64,000 nt of DNA from Phoronis australis (lineage: Eukaryota > Animalia > Phoronida): NCBI GenBank assembly GCA_002633005.1, contig NMRA01000422.1, positions 330,146 through 394,145 on the forward strand. The letters run 5' to 3'. The notes below the pieces were generated by a model. That model was not told the DNA's origin and did not search any database. It worked only from the letters and a program-made list of their open reading frames with translations. Below, one piece after another: positions 1 to 13,299 of this stretch (positions are counted from its first letter, which is position 1; every line of letters begins with the position of its first letter). The translations under genes and the position numbers were made by a program.

Positions 1-1106
1 CAGTGTTACCATGGTAACCGATATTGCAGTGTCGGTGCCGTTTTTACTGACATTGGTCACGAACCTATCATGTGATATCAAAATTGTTCAGAAACGATTC
101 TGTTTGAAGCAGAAACTGGAGTAGAAAATTTGGTCAAAAATGACTCATTCCACAGCAAGAAATTGCCTCATTTTGCCCCCAAGAACACTTCCCATGTATC
201 TCCTAAACCACCAAACTTTGTGGTGTCATACTTCACCCATTTTCTCTCATCCCTAATGTGATTTATCAGACTAAACATGGATCTGAATGGTTGACCCCCC
301 ACCTTGCCGCTTGTTGGCTGTACAGTGGTCGGTGGATCCGTGGACTGATACTTAACAGCATTAAATAAAATATTTACAAAGTTACAAAAATCCTCTTCAG
401 GGTACAGAAATATTGCTGTGAAGCTCGTTATTTTTCTTAAACCAGTTAGCCCATGTACTCCTCAGCACAACCAGAACACGTCAACCAATAGGAGGTGCTA
501 GTAGTCGTGTGCAGTTTTGGTTTCTTCAGTACCTCATCTCTTATAGAAGAACACAGACTTATTTAACTTCTTGAGATATCTTTTGTTCAGAAATCGAATG
601 GTGCGTAAAACATGAAAAGTATATCGCAACTACCATAACATGGTAATTCAAAAAAGAACAACTTAGCCCCTGAGTGACGTTTTAAATGATAGTGTAGTGA
701 CTCCTGTTAACTAAATTTAAGTCAACAAAATGTTTGAAAATTACTTAATAGATGCACTGCAAGCGATAAAAGTCGTGAATAACGTAACTGTTGTTTTAAA
801 AACATATATAACGAGCAGAAAGCAGTCATGCACTTGACTGGATATGGTTGTAAAGGGAAAGAAACACTATTCAAAACAGTGTTTATTTATTAAATCTTCT
901 CCAAAGTACCATGCAGTTGGTGACAACACTCACGAGTAAGTGAACGTCGGGCATGCAAAACTGTCGTGTTGAATAAGCGACGGGTTTCGAATAAGCGTCG
1001 GGTCAAACTATCTTTGAAAACTAAGCACAAGAGCGCTGATAGGCGACACTGATGTTTGTCCCATGCGGAAGTTGACAAACACTGTATCGAATAACCTTGA
1101 GTCATG

Positions 1107-1354
1107 GGGCCTGTTCCAACAAAACTGACTTAGCTAAGACAAATCTTAAATTTTAGTTAATTTTAAAATAGAAGTTAAATTTGTCTCAAAACCAATTCAT
1201 AAAAGAGATTTTAAGTTTCACTTAAGAGTTTGATATAAATTTTGTCTTAATTTTGACTAACTGACCAAATGTGGAAGTTTCAAAGTTTGGAAGTTAAGAC
1301 AAATCTTTAACTTAAGTCAAAAATGAACTTAAGTCAGTTTCTTGGAACAGGCCC
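1107..1354. mobile_element. MITE, PIF/Harbinger-like
   Basis: About 26-bp TIR GGGCCTGTTCCAAC/GAAACTGACTTA with its reverse complement at the right end; 3-bp direct repeat ATG on both flanks; AT-rich, self-complementary interior. Confidence 0.75.
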
Positions 1355-3048
1355 ATGATCCATGTTTTTTATCTACGTAGATAGCGTAATTACCGACCAG
1401 CCTATATACCTTGTATTTTGCAAAATGTTTACCTATGACTCAACAGTTAAACAGCTTTTTGGTACTTTGTCACGAGTAGGAAAATACTACTTCTAAAAAG
1501 ATAAGGAAATAAGGTCGTCTAGACTTACGAAGCGCCACACTGTGTATTTAACAATTAGTGCTATATGCCTAGACATGTTTTTTCCTCGTTGTAGCACTGC
1601 TTTCGTGACAAAGTTAAGTGTAATGCGGACAGTTGCAGATTTTATAATCCTACTGGGACTGTTTGTGCCAAAAGAAGGACAAGGTAAGTGTAGCGAAATT
1701 GGACGAATGTATTATCGGACGGTGTTCTTTCCCTTAAGAAGAAAGTCATCTCGTTAGTCGCCAAATATTATTATACATGTACAGCATGATCATGCTGTTC
1801 TCTCACAATTCTTTATTATGTATGATAGTGTAGATAGCGATGATTGAGTGGTAAGATTTAGATATAGACATCATCAGTGATCACGGATGTGATAGCACCG
1901 AGTGGTCAGATTTAGGTGCAGACCTCAGTGATCTAGATTATGATGAGCATATACCGCAAGGAAAACTTTCCTGGTATGTTTTCTGTAAAATTAAGCGGGT
2001 TATTTGTAAACAAATGTTTTTGTTTCTGTAAAACAAAAAGTAAAACTACTTGTTGAACCCTTTATAAATATCGAATTTGGATAAAATTTATATCACGATG
2101 AAGCCCATTTTTTAAAACACATTGCTCAAAATTTAGTTAGTATATGTTTACTAATGACTAAGTAATGAGGTTTTAATTAGGTGTAGTGGTTCTGACCTAG
2201 TAGTTCTGAGTGAAATACCCTCCGACTTCAAGTGGTTAGAGTGTACAACAATTGAAACTTATCAAATAAAGAGGTGAATTCAACTGACGAAAAGGAGGTC
2301 ATGCGATGGGAGCAATACCATAGTTGGATCCTAAGTGTAGTCGTCGTTTGCGAAAAAAGTAATACCCACGTATATTCTAGCATAATTTCTAAGAAACTGC
2401 AGCTATATTTCACGAGGCTAAAACCAAACAGGCATAAACTTTGAAGATTAAATTTCTTACATGTACCTCCACTGTGTCCAATCACTTGTGACTTCACTTC
2501 AAGCCGTTTTTGAGCGATCGATCAGCGGATATAATTTTTATGCATGCTAAATACGGATTGTTCTGAAACCCCTGAAAGAAGCATCGGCCCGTTTTCGGTG
2601 CTTCGGAGCTCAGCCTGCCGTTTCTCTCAGAAAAGGTGTGTTGTCCCTGATTCGATGATGTACGCATTGTTAATGGCGCGTTTGAAGCGTGTTACTGCTG
2701 CTAATTGTGGCGGTTTCTACAACTGTACAGACCCAGTGAAGCCGAAGGCGAGTCGATAAATCGACGGAGCCTAACCCGGCTTTGGTTAATGTAAGTGGCA
2801 GGTCGAGGGGATTATGGGACGAGGGGGTGGTGGGTCGAGGGGGTCCAGGTGTGTTGGGGTCGAGGGATGTTCAGAACACTCCACTAAATACTTTCGTCCA
2901 TTTCTTTAATTGGCTGTTGCTTTGGACATCACTCGTATCTAGGAAGTAACTTGTTTATCAGCTCTCTAAACTTTACCTCGGGTTCGAGCTTGTCACCCAA
3001 GGGGGAACGCACGCATTGTCAAACCCACGCCCTTAATCGCAAAATTTC

Positions 3049-3105
3049 GTAGTAGAAGTAGTAGAGGTGGCGGTGGTGATAGTGGTGGTGGTGGTAGTAG
3101 CAGTA
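3049..3105. repeat. Compound (GTA)n/(GGT)n microsatellite
   Basis: Visible imperfect trinucleotide run. Confidence 0.7.
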
Positions 3106-3599
3106 TATTTGTTTATTATCTGAGACGTGCCTAAATTTAAACAATTAATTCAGAATTAAAAAATGCACCCAATCCATTAAACTTATAAGTGACTGATTAC
3201 ATGGTAGTATACAAACACCTCTTACATTTATAAAGCTTCTTGAACAATAACAGAACACTCCCTGAATACAGTATACCTGTAGCTAATAAAAAACTAATCT
3301 TATCTATGTAGACCACACCCTTAACCCAAAACCGTTTAAACTTCAGATTGAAGAACCAAATTTGGCTCACTGGCAGTTTTGACACGCTGAATTTCACTGG
3401 CCTTGGTTGAGCACATTTTGTGGTAAAGGTCAAGGCCGACTCTCGAAAAACAAAATGGCTGATAAGTAACAGAATCAATGGTTGCTTGAGAGATGATAAC
3501 AAATTGTAAGGCAAGGCAATGGTACTTTATTAAATGTAAGTCTATCAAATTATATTGTAAACATGTTTTCCTCATAATGTTAAGACACCTCATTTTCAT

Positions 3600-4330
3600 A
3601 AATCCTATATGGCAGCAAATATTAACTAACCAACTGCAGTTTTAACAAGAGCACCTATTTCGATATGGTGCAAAACTAATACGAAAACAACAAGGTTCTC
3701 TTACGAAAGATGAACTAAATTTATCTTTAATTTGAACAATTATTATGAAAATTGTCTGTCCAGTAGGTTGTCCGTTGTTGATCCTTGGCTATACTACCAT
3801 CCAAACCCCTCAGGACACGGGTTCTCATAGGTGGGCATCAGACTTTTAAGCCATATTCCAGCTTCGTACAAGCATTTGTTAACATATTTTATCAGAGCAG
3901 TCTGGGTAAGCGTTAGAATTCGCATGAGCCAAACTTTTCGGAAGAACACTCTCTTCGTAAAATGTAAGGTCTTGGCTGTTTTTGGCTTTACAATCCCATT
4001 GGATACATGTAAATTTCTTAATTGCTTTGAACTTTTAACTGTCGATGAGGAGTTACTGAAAGAAATTGATTGCACGGTACGAGAATGTATCAGGATAAGC
4101 TTTCCAATTCTTCCTTTTTCCATGCAACTGGTACATGTACGTTGTATTCAACACTACACAGAAATCGTACCCAAGCAGGTCAAAGGCACTACTGACGAAG
4201 AATTCCCGGGCGTTTTTTTTCCAGCTTTAACCACTACGAATAATAGAATTGCTGGCTGCAAAGCCTTAGGCTGATCAAAAACACCAAGAAAATGACGACA
4301 AAATCAGTATGTGCTGTAGTTCCCAGGATT
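3600..4330 (-). mobile_element. Decayed Academ-like DNA transposon coding relic (XPG-like nuclease region plus Cys-rich tail)
   Basis: Minus-strand TAHTDFVVIF (DTDV-like), ALIKYVNKCLYEAGIW...PCPEGFGW and downstream RCSC remnant resemble the C-terminus of Academ proteins as recalled. Confidence 0.55.
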
Positions 4331-5625
4331 CTTTGGTTATCTTTCATTAAAAGGTGTGCAATGTGCAAGCAGGATTATTCTAAAACCCTTATACACCAAC
4401 GGCCCTAGGACCCACGTCCCACAACCCCCTGGACACACGGCCTGTGGCAATAGATGTATCTTTATGCTTTTTACACATTTCATTATCATATTCCGTCGCT
4501 GAATGCCTTTGCCTTATGACGTAGCTACACGCCAATCTGCACTGGCTCAAGGCTGGTGGTTAAAAACAGACAATTGCTTAGAAACATGACCTGAAATAGT
4601 GAATTGTAAGCGTGCTAACGTTATCACGGAATTAGTTCTAAGAACGGCTACTAATGTTTTGTTCTAATAAACTTAGGGAGATAAATACGTTAACGTGACT
4701 GCACGTAATTTCACATTTTTATTGTTTGGTTTATGATGTATACTCGTTTAAAATACAACCATGTAACACTGAGATAAAGTTTTATTTGACAGTTTATTTT
4801 TTCAAACTGTACTTACTGAAGAAATCACATGTTCGACGGTTCGTTGAACTCTCCAAAAAACTTGAACCTGTCGTTGTCTGAAGAGCGGTCAAGACTGGAG
4901 ATGACGGTTGAGCACAGTTCCATCAAGTGTTTAAAGTAAGTTGTGGCAGAAATACTAAGCGTGGGGAAGACATAATTCCAAATACTAAAGGAACCTTTGA
5001 AAGATGGCCCCAAATATCCATTGAAAAGAGCGATTCCATATTGCAAATGTCCATTAACATGCATACTCCTCAGTTTTAATAAATGTCCGATAAATTCCCA
5101 ATTTTGGTTTTATCCTAAAACGCTCCATCCGAATTTCCTAGACAATACTGAATATAATGCAATTCATGCCTTCGGATGCAAAACCATTATTCATGTTGCA
5201 AAAACTGAAACTACGTTTTAGTTCAGCTGACCAGGCCCTACAGCTGTACTAGATCAAGTAGGTCGTGTTCTGAGGTTGCCTTATTAAGAAGATCGCGTGT
5301 GAACTTGGGTCACCGGAGTAAACATGGAATTCCAAGTTCTTCAAAGCAATCTCCAATTTACGCAAGCTGACGTAATTCTGGGAATTAATACAAAAATGTA
5401 TTAAGTATCAAAAACCTACCCTTAAACTTCATTAACATTTGAAAGCGAATAAACACAATGCTTTACTTAATGTTTTGATCAGTCAAACGACCCCAAAGTT
5501 CCAGCTTGACACACACCCAATCTAGAAAACAAGTGTGATTTCCGTTCAAGCAACATCAACCAGTGAGCGATTCATCCTGGCAATAGGTTCTTAGTTTGAA
5601 GTGCTGTGCAAATGCGACGATTTAA

Positions 5626-8600
5626 GAGCATGTTCGCGAATGGACCAGGCAGAGGGTGATAAACGCTATGTCACAGATTCTCTTTATATTTTGTCTGTGG
5701 GATGGCCCTGGCCCCACTGACTCCAGACCACCTTTATTTTTTTTCAAAACGCCCCCTTTTGGTTTCCATGGATACTATTTGTTTCCGACAAGTTTTCAGC
5801 GTGGCGTCAGTTCAGTTTTAGTAAAATTCCGACAGTTACGTTACGCAGTGGAAGTAACGTTGAAATATTGAACCTGTGTTATTGATCAGGTGTGACCTTC
5901 GACTACTTTATTCATGAAAATTTAAAAGATTTCGATAATTTTTTGTCTGTTTTTAGAGCCGCATAAGATGAGTACTTTTAGTGATTTTTGAAACTGTCAA
6001 AATTGGCTAAATTCGTATCCCGATATCTCAGCTGGCACAGGTTTCGGAACATTTTAGTGCCATACAATGTGTTGAGCTATTTTAGGTCTACAAAATAAGA
6101 CAAAAAAATTTCCTGGCGCGAACGGATTTCATGTCATTTGAAGTCAAAAATGACTGGTGGTTACGCCATTTCACCACAATGAGTAATGCCGACAAACGTC
6201 AACAAAAAGTGAACATTTGTTAATAGTTGCCCAGCAAACGGCGAATCAATTTATCATTCATCAAATTTCGTATTTTCTAGGCACCGAGGGTACACTACTT
6301 TATTTCTAAAAAGTGCTCGTAGTCATGGAATTAGGATACTTACTACGCAAATAGCAGTAGTTTTGGCAGGACACCTTTTGCGAGAGTCGAAATTCAAATC
6401 TCACTGGTTTCACAAAGCACAGTAATCTTATTTGCACTGCTAAAAACAAAAAAAAAACGCCGACAAATCATTTTCATAACATTTTCCTTCAAAAATCGTG
6501 TTGCCCTCTCCCCACTTGCGACGTTCCAAATCTTACAGTGTTGTATGAACAAGATCATTTATGGTTTTATCTGTGATTGTCCTGTTTACAAAGATGCTTA
6601 CTGTGGGTTAGCTGTGGAGTGTGTCTGAACAAACATTTCTTGAAGAATCTTCAAGTGGTTTTGATGCAGGGCGTTGAAAGCGGAGGACAGTGTCAAGGTG
6701 AAAGATTCATTGGCAATTGCAGGCAAGGCAAATGCAAAACCACTGGTCAGAGTCATTCTGTGGATGTTATACAGTGTATAGCCGCCAATGTCACAATAAC
6801 TTCACTTTTGAAGTGGTATGGCTGGCTAATGTTATCATTTTGTCTTCTGGGCGCATTTTGCTGTGATTGACACAAGTGAAAAATGGGAGACTTTCAAGTA
6901 GCAATGGGGGATGACTACATGTAACCAGCTACCAGTGAGAAGATACTTCACCTGCGCAGTGGGAGGCACAGAGGAACGTACTTGAATAAGTGTGTGTGAC
7001 TAGTTGTGAGAAGTCTAAAGAGTGAATTCATATTACTTCCCAGTCCTCCAGAGGGCAAAGGTACATGTATCCTGTTCCAGGTGATCAGCTGTTACTTGAC
7101 TATATAAATGCTTCATGTTGGAAGCATGATCCACTGCAGAGGTCATGTGAAAGAAGTGAGGATGATAAAGGCTGCTTTCAGTATAAAGTCCATAAGTACA
7201 CGACAAGTATTGTATTGTAGCTCATGTTTTCCATGACTTCTCAGCAGACAAACAATATACAGCATATAAACTTTGAAACTCAGTTCAAAATATAACTTCA
7301 TGCACATTGGGTTGTAACTGCTAATTAGTCTTCAAGGTGCTTTAATAGCAAGACTACCAACTTTCTAAGGTAAAATCACATCAGAGATATCTAAATGTGG
7401 TATTTGATCTAAGTGCTAATGGACTGGCTCAAATAGGAGACTCCTATGTTAGTTGTTCAAAATACAGGTGATCTCGCTTACATGTACCTCCTCATCCCAT
7501 ACGTAACTCCCCAGTCTATATATACAATTTTGGACCACTTTAAAGTAAAAAGTGACATTTAATGCGATCAGAATCTGGTTTAACACTCATTGCCTGGTTA
7601 ATTTATACAAACTACCATGGAAAACACGAGATGTCTAAATGTGTTAAAAGATCTAAATACCAGTGAATTGGCTCAAACATGACACTCCTGATGTTAACAA
7701 TTCAGAATACAGGTGACCTCGGCACCTCCCTTAACTCATCATCACATACCGTACAAATAACTCTCATTCTGCAAAAACAATGTTGGAACAGATTAAAGTG
7801 AAAATGATATTTAATGTGACTGTAATCTGGTTTAATTAACACTGGTCATCCAGTTAAGTGGTACAAAGTAGCATGGAAAAACGAGATATGCAAATGTGTT
7901 CTTTGATCTAAATGCCAGTGAATTGGTTCAAGTATGCCTAAGTCACTACCTTTCCTTAAGCTTGTACATAAGTTAACACTCAGATAAGGCTTCGCTTTTT
8001 AGTTAAGAGAGACTGAGTGTAATATGAATTTGAAAGATGAAAACTGAAATACCAGCATCTTTAAATAAATTGGACAGCAAAGTTTCAACCAGAACACTGA
8101 CTAAACATCCTAAATTTTACTGACAAAATCACAGCAAGTGCTGCTATATTGCATTTTACATTTATCTCAGTTTCTACAATATCACATCAATAACAACTGG
8201 TTAAATCACTCAGACAACCCAACAGATTGTATAATGTTCGAACAAAGATGAAATCTGGAGTATTACTGGACATCACTGACTGTCAAGTTCATTATCTCCC
8301 TCATTTGACCATTTTCCAGCGTAGTTCAAGGCAGCCAAGCGTGAAAAGAAACCTTTATCCTGTTGTAGTGTCAGCCAGCCTTCCTCCCAAAACTGCTCAT
8401 CCGTCTTCATCGCCTGTGCAGTTTTTGCGGGGTCTGCTTTGTTGCTCTACTTTCTGAAAAATGACAGGCAGGTTGTAACACTCTTGAATTATACACTTTT
8501 TGCAGAACTTTGCCGAGCCCAGCCACTACACAGGTGTGACTGCCGCTGAGTGGCATGATCCAATGATTTTAGTTGAGATAATTCATTTGACCCATGGAGT

Positions 8601-10637
8601 GTTATATGTAAAACGACCACAAATACAACAAGAAAAAAACACTGTGGGTACTTGATTTATTTTTGCCAGTTTGATTGGATTCCTTTGGACATCAAATGAA
8701 TATCATATCCAGACAACAAATGTCAACATAGTGGTACTCATAAAACATAACGACACGCTATGATTTCCAGAATTACATAATTCACTGACAGCTGAAGTGA
8801 AAAGAAATTCCAGCGTGCAGGGTGTCAGTTAAAATTGGAATTTGTAATGCTATAACTACAGCATTCATCAATATATCTATAGAAAAATACTTCCTGTAAT
8901 GAACTAAAAAGAAGACGCATAACAATATCAGTTGTTGAAAAGTGAAAGTCAATGAGATATTGCATTTTCCGCTTGCAACAAGTACAGGTCACTAGGTGCA
9001 CATAATCTCAGACTAAACTTACAACTAACACAAGAGGCTACTAGTAAGTGGACTGAATAGCTCTAGGCTTGCCTAGACTCCAACAACGGCGACAGGGCAG
9101 GTATATCACTGATTTGCCCTTAGGAACACAAGACTGTTAATCAGTTGTTTACAGTGATGCAGGCATAGGACTACTAAATTTCACCAGTGTGTACAATAAA
9201 AAGCTCTGTCTATACTACATGTTCAAAAACAAGTACTGTTGTTACATTTTTGTGGTACATGCATGGTCCCACAGTTTGTGATCTTCCTGAAAGGAGGGAT
9301 CAGTAACTTGCCTTGCAGGGTACTGTATTAGAATAACATCTGTTGTTTCTAGCGGTGCTAACTGGTTCTTGAATCATGTATCCACAAAACTGACTATTAC
9401 CGCCACAATGCTATCGTGATAACCTCAAATTCAAACAAAGCAGTAGTAGTACTCACCAGATCCAACAGGAAAGAACACAAATGCATTGACATTGTTGAGT
9501 TCCTGTGAAAGTAAGTTGACTTTAGACATTTCAACCAGCATCCCCACTTCAGGCTTGGCACGCGAGCTACCACTAATGAAATGGGTGTTTGCAGAGTCTA
9601 CATGGTTTCCACAGAATTCCAAGATGAGCCCGGTGTCTTGCCCTTGCCTTGGACGCAGTCACACAGGCGTGACACGGGTCCGGTGAACACGCATATGTAA
9701 ATTGTCCGACTCTCGCCAAAATCAGTTGCCGCACAGTCTGTAGGTGCGGTGGTTTGCTACTCACTTTATGCCGCATCAAGATTTCACACATGTGCAGAGG
9801 ACATTCTTTTGAGGTTCCATACACTTCATCACACTCCATCATACTAGCAGATAACACAGCAAGTCAGGATTAACCATTTTGCCACCACTAAAGTGACACC
9901 TGTTGTTGGACACTGGGTTCACGAAAAACGCGGAATTTTAATTAAAAAGGAAAAATACCTTAAACAATTGCGCCTGACTTAATGAAACTTAACTAAATAT
10001 TAATAAATCAACTTTTGAATCAAAACTATGCACTTTACTGGTGTTGTAATGTTCCAAACAGGTATCGGTATTGAAGGTAATTTCTACTCAGGTGGTTGTA
10101 GCAATCTTGCAATTTGTATAGAAAAATGTTCAGCGCCAGAAAATTTTATTGTACTAATCAACAGCAATAAGATAGAAACGTCTTGTGTAAAAGTCTGATG
10201 TTGGTCAGTGTTGTGCCAGCTGAGATATACGGGCTCAAAGTGTGGCGAAATTGCAATGCCTTGTTAACCTCTGACCCCTCTATATTTTATGCATGAAATT
10301 TTTAACTTAGCGGCAGAGTTAATGAGTATTTCTTAACATCTTTGTAAAGCCAAAGACTCGCTTTATTTAAAAATTACAAACAGATAATGATCTCGTGCGC
10401 TGATATTTTTTATTGTGCAGTGCAAATAAGGCATTTTCGGCGAGTTCATTGCATGGCATACCCCCAAAATAGAGGCTCCCTGATTTCTCCCCCTTAAACA
10501 AGGTAAAATGAGATTGGACTTCACTGTTTTGTTTATCATCCCAAAGGTAACTAAAATGCATAGTATGGTTCAATTCGGTGACATTGGGTTTATCACCCCT
10601 CTGGGCATTTTTGCCTGCTGTGAGCCGTACTTCACTC
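5626..10637 (-). mobile_element. Sola3-like non-autonomous DNA transposon (about 5 kb)
   Basis: TTAA|GAG ... CTC|TTAA ends. Inverted matches CAGAGGGTGATAAACGCTATGTCAC vs GTGACATTGGGTTTATCACCCCTCTG, ATATCTCAGCTGGCACA vs TGTGCCAGCTGAGATAT, and AAATTTCCTGGCGC vs GCGCCAGAAAATTT. Minus-strand LILARVG..C..HR..LGI.W...C.HP.H and PVGSG|gtgagt transposase N-terminal remnant at about 9455-9860. Confidence 0.7.
7375..7940. repeat. Tandem repeat, about 245-250 bp unit, about 2.3 copies, inside the Sola3-like element
   Basis: GAGATRTSYAAATGTG...GATCTAA...TGGYTCAA recurs at about 7384, 7628 and 7883. Confidence 0.8.
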
Positions 10638-10719
10638 TTAAGAAGTAATATTAAAAGGACATCGGACGGAGACGATTACCGAGAAGTTAGAAAGTGACTA
10701 TTCACAGAGGCTGGGGGAT

Positions 10720-10857
10720 CAGTGGCGGGTTTAAGGGGGGCCAAGGGGAACATGGCACTCCTAAAATTCTCCCAGATTCCATTTAGCAGTACGGGGTGCG
10801 ATGTCTGACCGGCAAATTCCTGGCCTCTCCTAACTCAAAAGCCTAGGTCCGCCCCAG
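10720..10857. mobile_element. Short hAT-like MITE with apparent 5-bp TSD
   Basis: CAGTGGCGGGTTTAAGG ... CCTAGGTCCGCCCCAG ends; GGGAT on both flanks. Confidence 0.55.
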
Positions 10858-13299
10858 GGGATAGCCTAAATACATTGTATCTCGATACATGTACATGTAC
10901 ATTCAAAATACGGATTAAGAGGGCATTTCGTTATACAAACTATCACTATTGGTGTGCAGGACAACGTCGCACGGAAGTGTACGAACGTTGTATCGAACGA
11001 GCTTGCTGTAAACAACGTCAGTAGTCAATCACACACTGAAAAACTTTGAAAGTCGAACTGAGGTAACCCATTTCTGGCACCCGCTGTAGATGCCTATTAA
11101 TTATCCACCGCGGGCACCTTTGCGTCAGGGAATACTTCAGAATTAGGCGAGTTTAAGTGTGTGAAACTTTCAAACAAAAAAGGTTGCCTTTGAAATGAGT
11201 ATTGTAAAGTATTAGTGGAGATTCATTGTTTTAGTCAGTTATACTGCATTGCAAAAGTCTCAATTATTTCAACTGCTTACAATCCAGCTGTGGGTCGATC
11301 GCCAAAATCTGAAATTATTTCAGAGATGGATGTACCCCGAGTTTGCCATACCCATGAATTATTCAAGTTTGCATGAAAGCGCCATGTCTACATAATGCAC
11401 ATCAGCCAATAGCTAACATTATTTCGAAATCCTAAGTTCGGAGAACAATTTCTCGTCCTCACTAAAGTTTTAGTAGTAAAATGGCACATTCTATCAGAAA
11501 GATAATAATTGCCTTCATTTGATACAGCACACCTATTATTTCCGTGGACCGTTAGCTAGCGTCGGTGCAATTGAGCATAAAAACCTCAAAATCATTGCAC
11601 GGCGACTATTGGATGTGTTCAGACGGTCAGAACCAAAGGATGACAAATTTAATTGTTCTTCCTAGACGGCTATAGCAAGTACTTGTTTCTTTTCTATCTT
11701 CAACAGTTGTAGGTTGATTCTATTGAAATATGAATCACGCCGTTCTCCGAATAAGATAAAAAGGAAGTAAACAAATGAATGAAAAACTGCAACACATGCA
11801 TGAAAAATAGCGCGATGAAAAAATATAAATTTTCATACTAAGTAGCATTTCAGTTTATTTACAGCTGTTTCTACTGTAACTAGACACTTGGTTGACTGTG
11901 CAGAGTTGTTTTGAAAACTGTTCCTTGAGACAGTCAGTGAGACGAGTACCCTCCGATCTTCAGTTATCGAATAGCACACACGGTCGATGCTTATTCGTCT
12001 GCCTGTGCAGGTTCGGCCCAACGTCGACATCAATTTTACTCCCCTCCATCATCAGTTAACATCCAGTCTACCTCTGCTCCTACGCATGCCTTCCTCGACA
12101 TACTGTACAAGCTGCACATTTCCCTCAAATGGAAAATGCAACCGTGGCCTTCGATATGAACCTATCAGTAGCGAATTGAAGTAGCAATTAGTGCAACTTC
12201 TTTGAGTGCATGTTTGCGTGTATCTTATAAGGGACAGATAATTTGAAAACTGCATTGAGATGACAGAGTTTATATTTCATCCTTTTGAAAAGTAGTAAAT
12301 CTGACGATGTTTTCCAGAATTTCTCGCGATTTTCAAAGTGAACTACTCTCACGTTAGCCTTTCCGATAAATAAATTTGTCCCAACTGCTTAAGGGTATTT
12401 TTATGAGTTTTCGCGTTCCATGCCTCTTTGATAAAGACTTCTGTGAGCTCACTTTCCCGGTCACAACTAATTCACCCCTCTCACCCACCGATGCCAGTTT
12501 CGCCAGTCCCCAAGTCTATTAGAATTTTTCCCAATCCTCGTGATTTTCTTGCAGTTAACAAGGGATTCATGGTCCCTTAGTACACCTTGATCTGTGCTGT
12601 TATAAAGTAAGGCAATCAACAGAATTAACATTTGTCCTGGCATAAATATTACGGTCATTTTGAATTGTACAGAATCTGAGTCTTAAATCGTAGTTGCTCG
12701 ACCAGAAAAATCCTAGAAAGCATCCATGTTCGCAGTTTACGTGGATTTGATAAAACAATCCTCAATATAGCCAATACTTAGTTCTGTAGACTATTTAAGG
12801 GTTGTTTAGTTACCGTCAACCCTCAATGTTGCACATGAAAGTAGTAGGTTCGTGACGGCTTGCTTGTTCCCTGCGTGTCTGCTAATGGGTAGAGAACACG
12901 CAGGAATCATTTAATTTTTCTCGAGTGTAAATGCGGATATAGCTTCTGATCTGTTGTACAGACAAATCGGTGCTTAATCCATTTGAAATAAATTTGAATC
13001 TGAAAGTTAGGGTAATGCCTTTTCGGAGTGCATTTTTCTACTGTCGCTAACATTTGTTTATGTTGCTGTCCACTTGTAGTTACACAGTATGAATAACACA
13101 CTGGTTACAATGTACATCGGCCAGATGTGTGTGCATTGTATGTGCTTCAATACCCATCTTCCGTGAACTTGTTAGTGGTAAGTCAACGTCCTTTCAGCGG
13201 AAACATGATTGGCTTCACATTCCCTTTCTTCTCTGCAATGTGAGATTTCTGAATGGTGTACCTTAGTGTCCGCTTATAGCAATCACTCAACAGACCATA

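Noticed and set aside
1822-1975. Acidic mini-exon-like stretch with a short internal duplication
   Set aside because: It has a stop or frameshift, no partner exons and no recognisable domain.
10919-12392. Possible second TTAA|GAG-start element
   Set aside because: It has transposon-end-like texture, but I found no matching right terminus.
13089-13183. Candidate leader exon with G|gtaagt donor for the CUB gene
   Set aside because: No in-frame ATG for a phase-1 exit and no convincing signal peptide.
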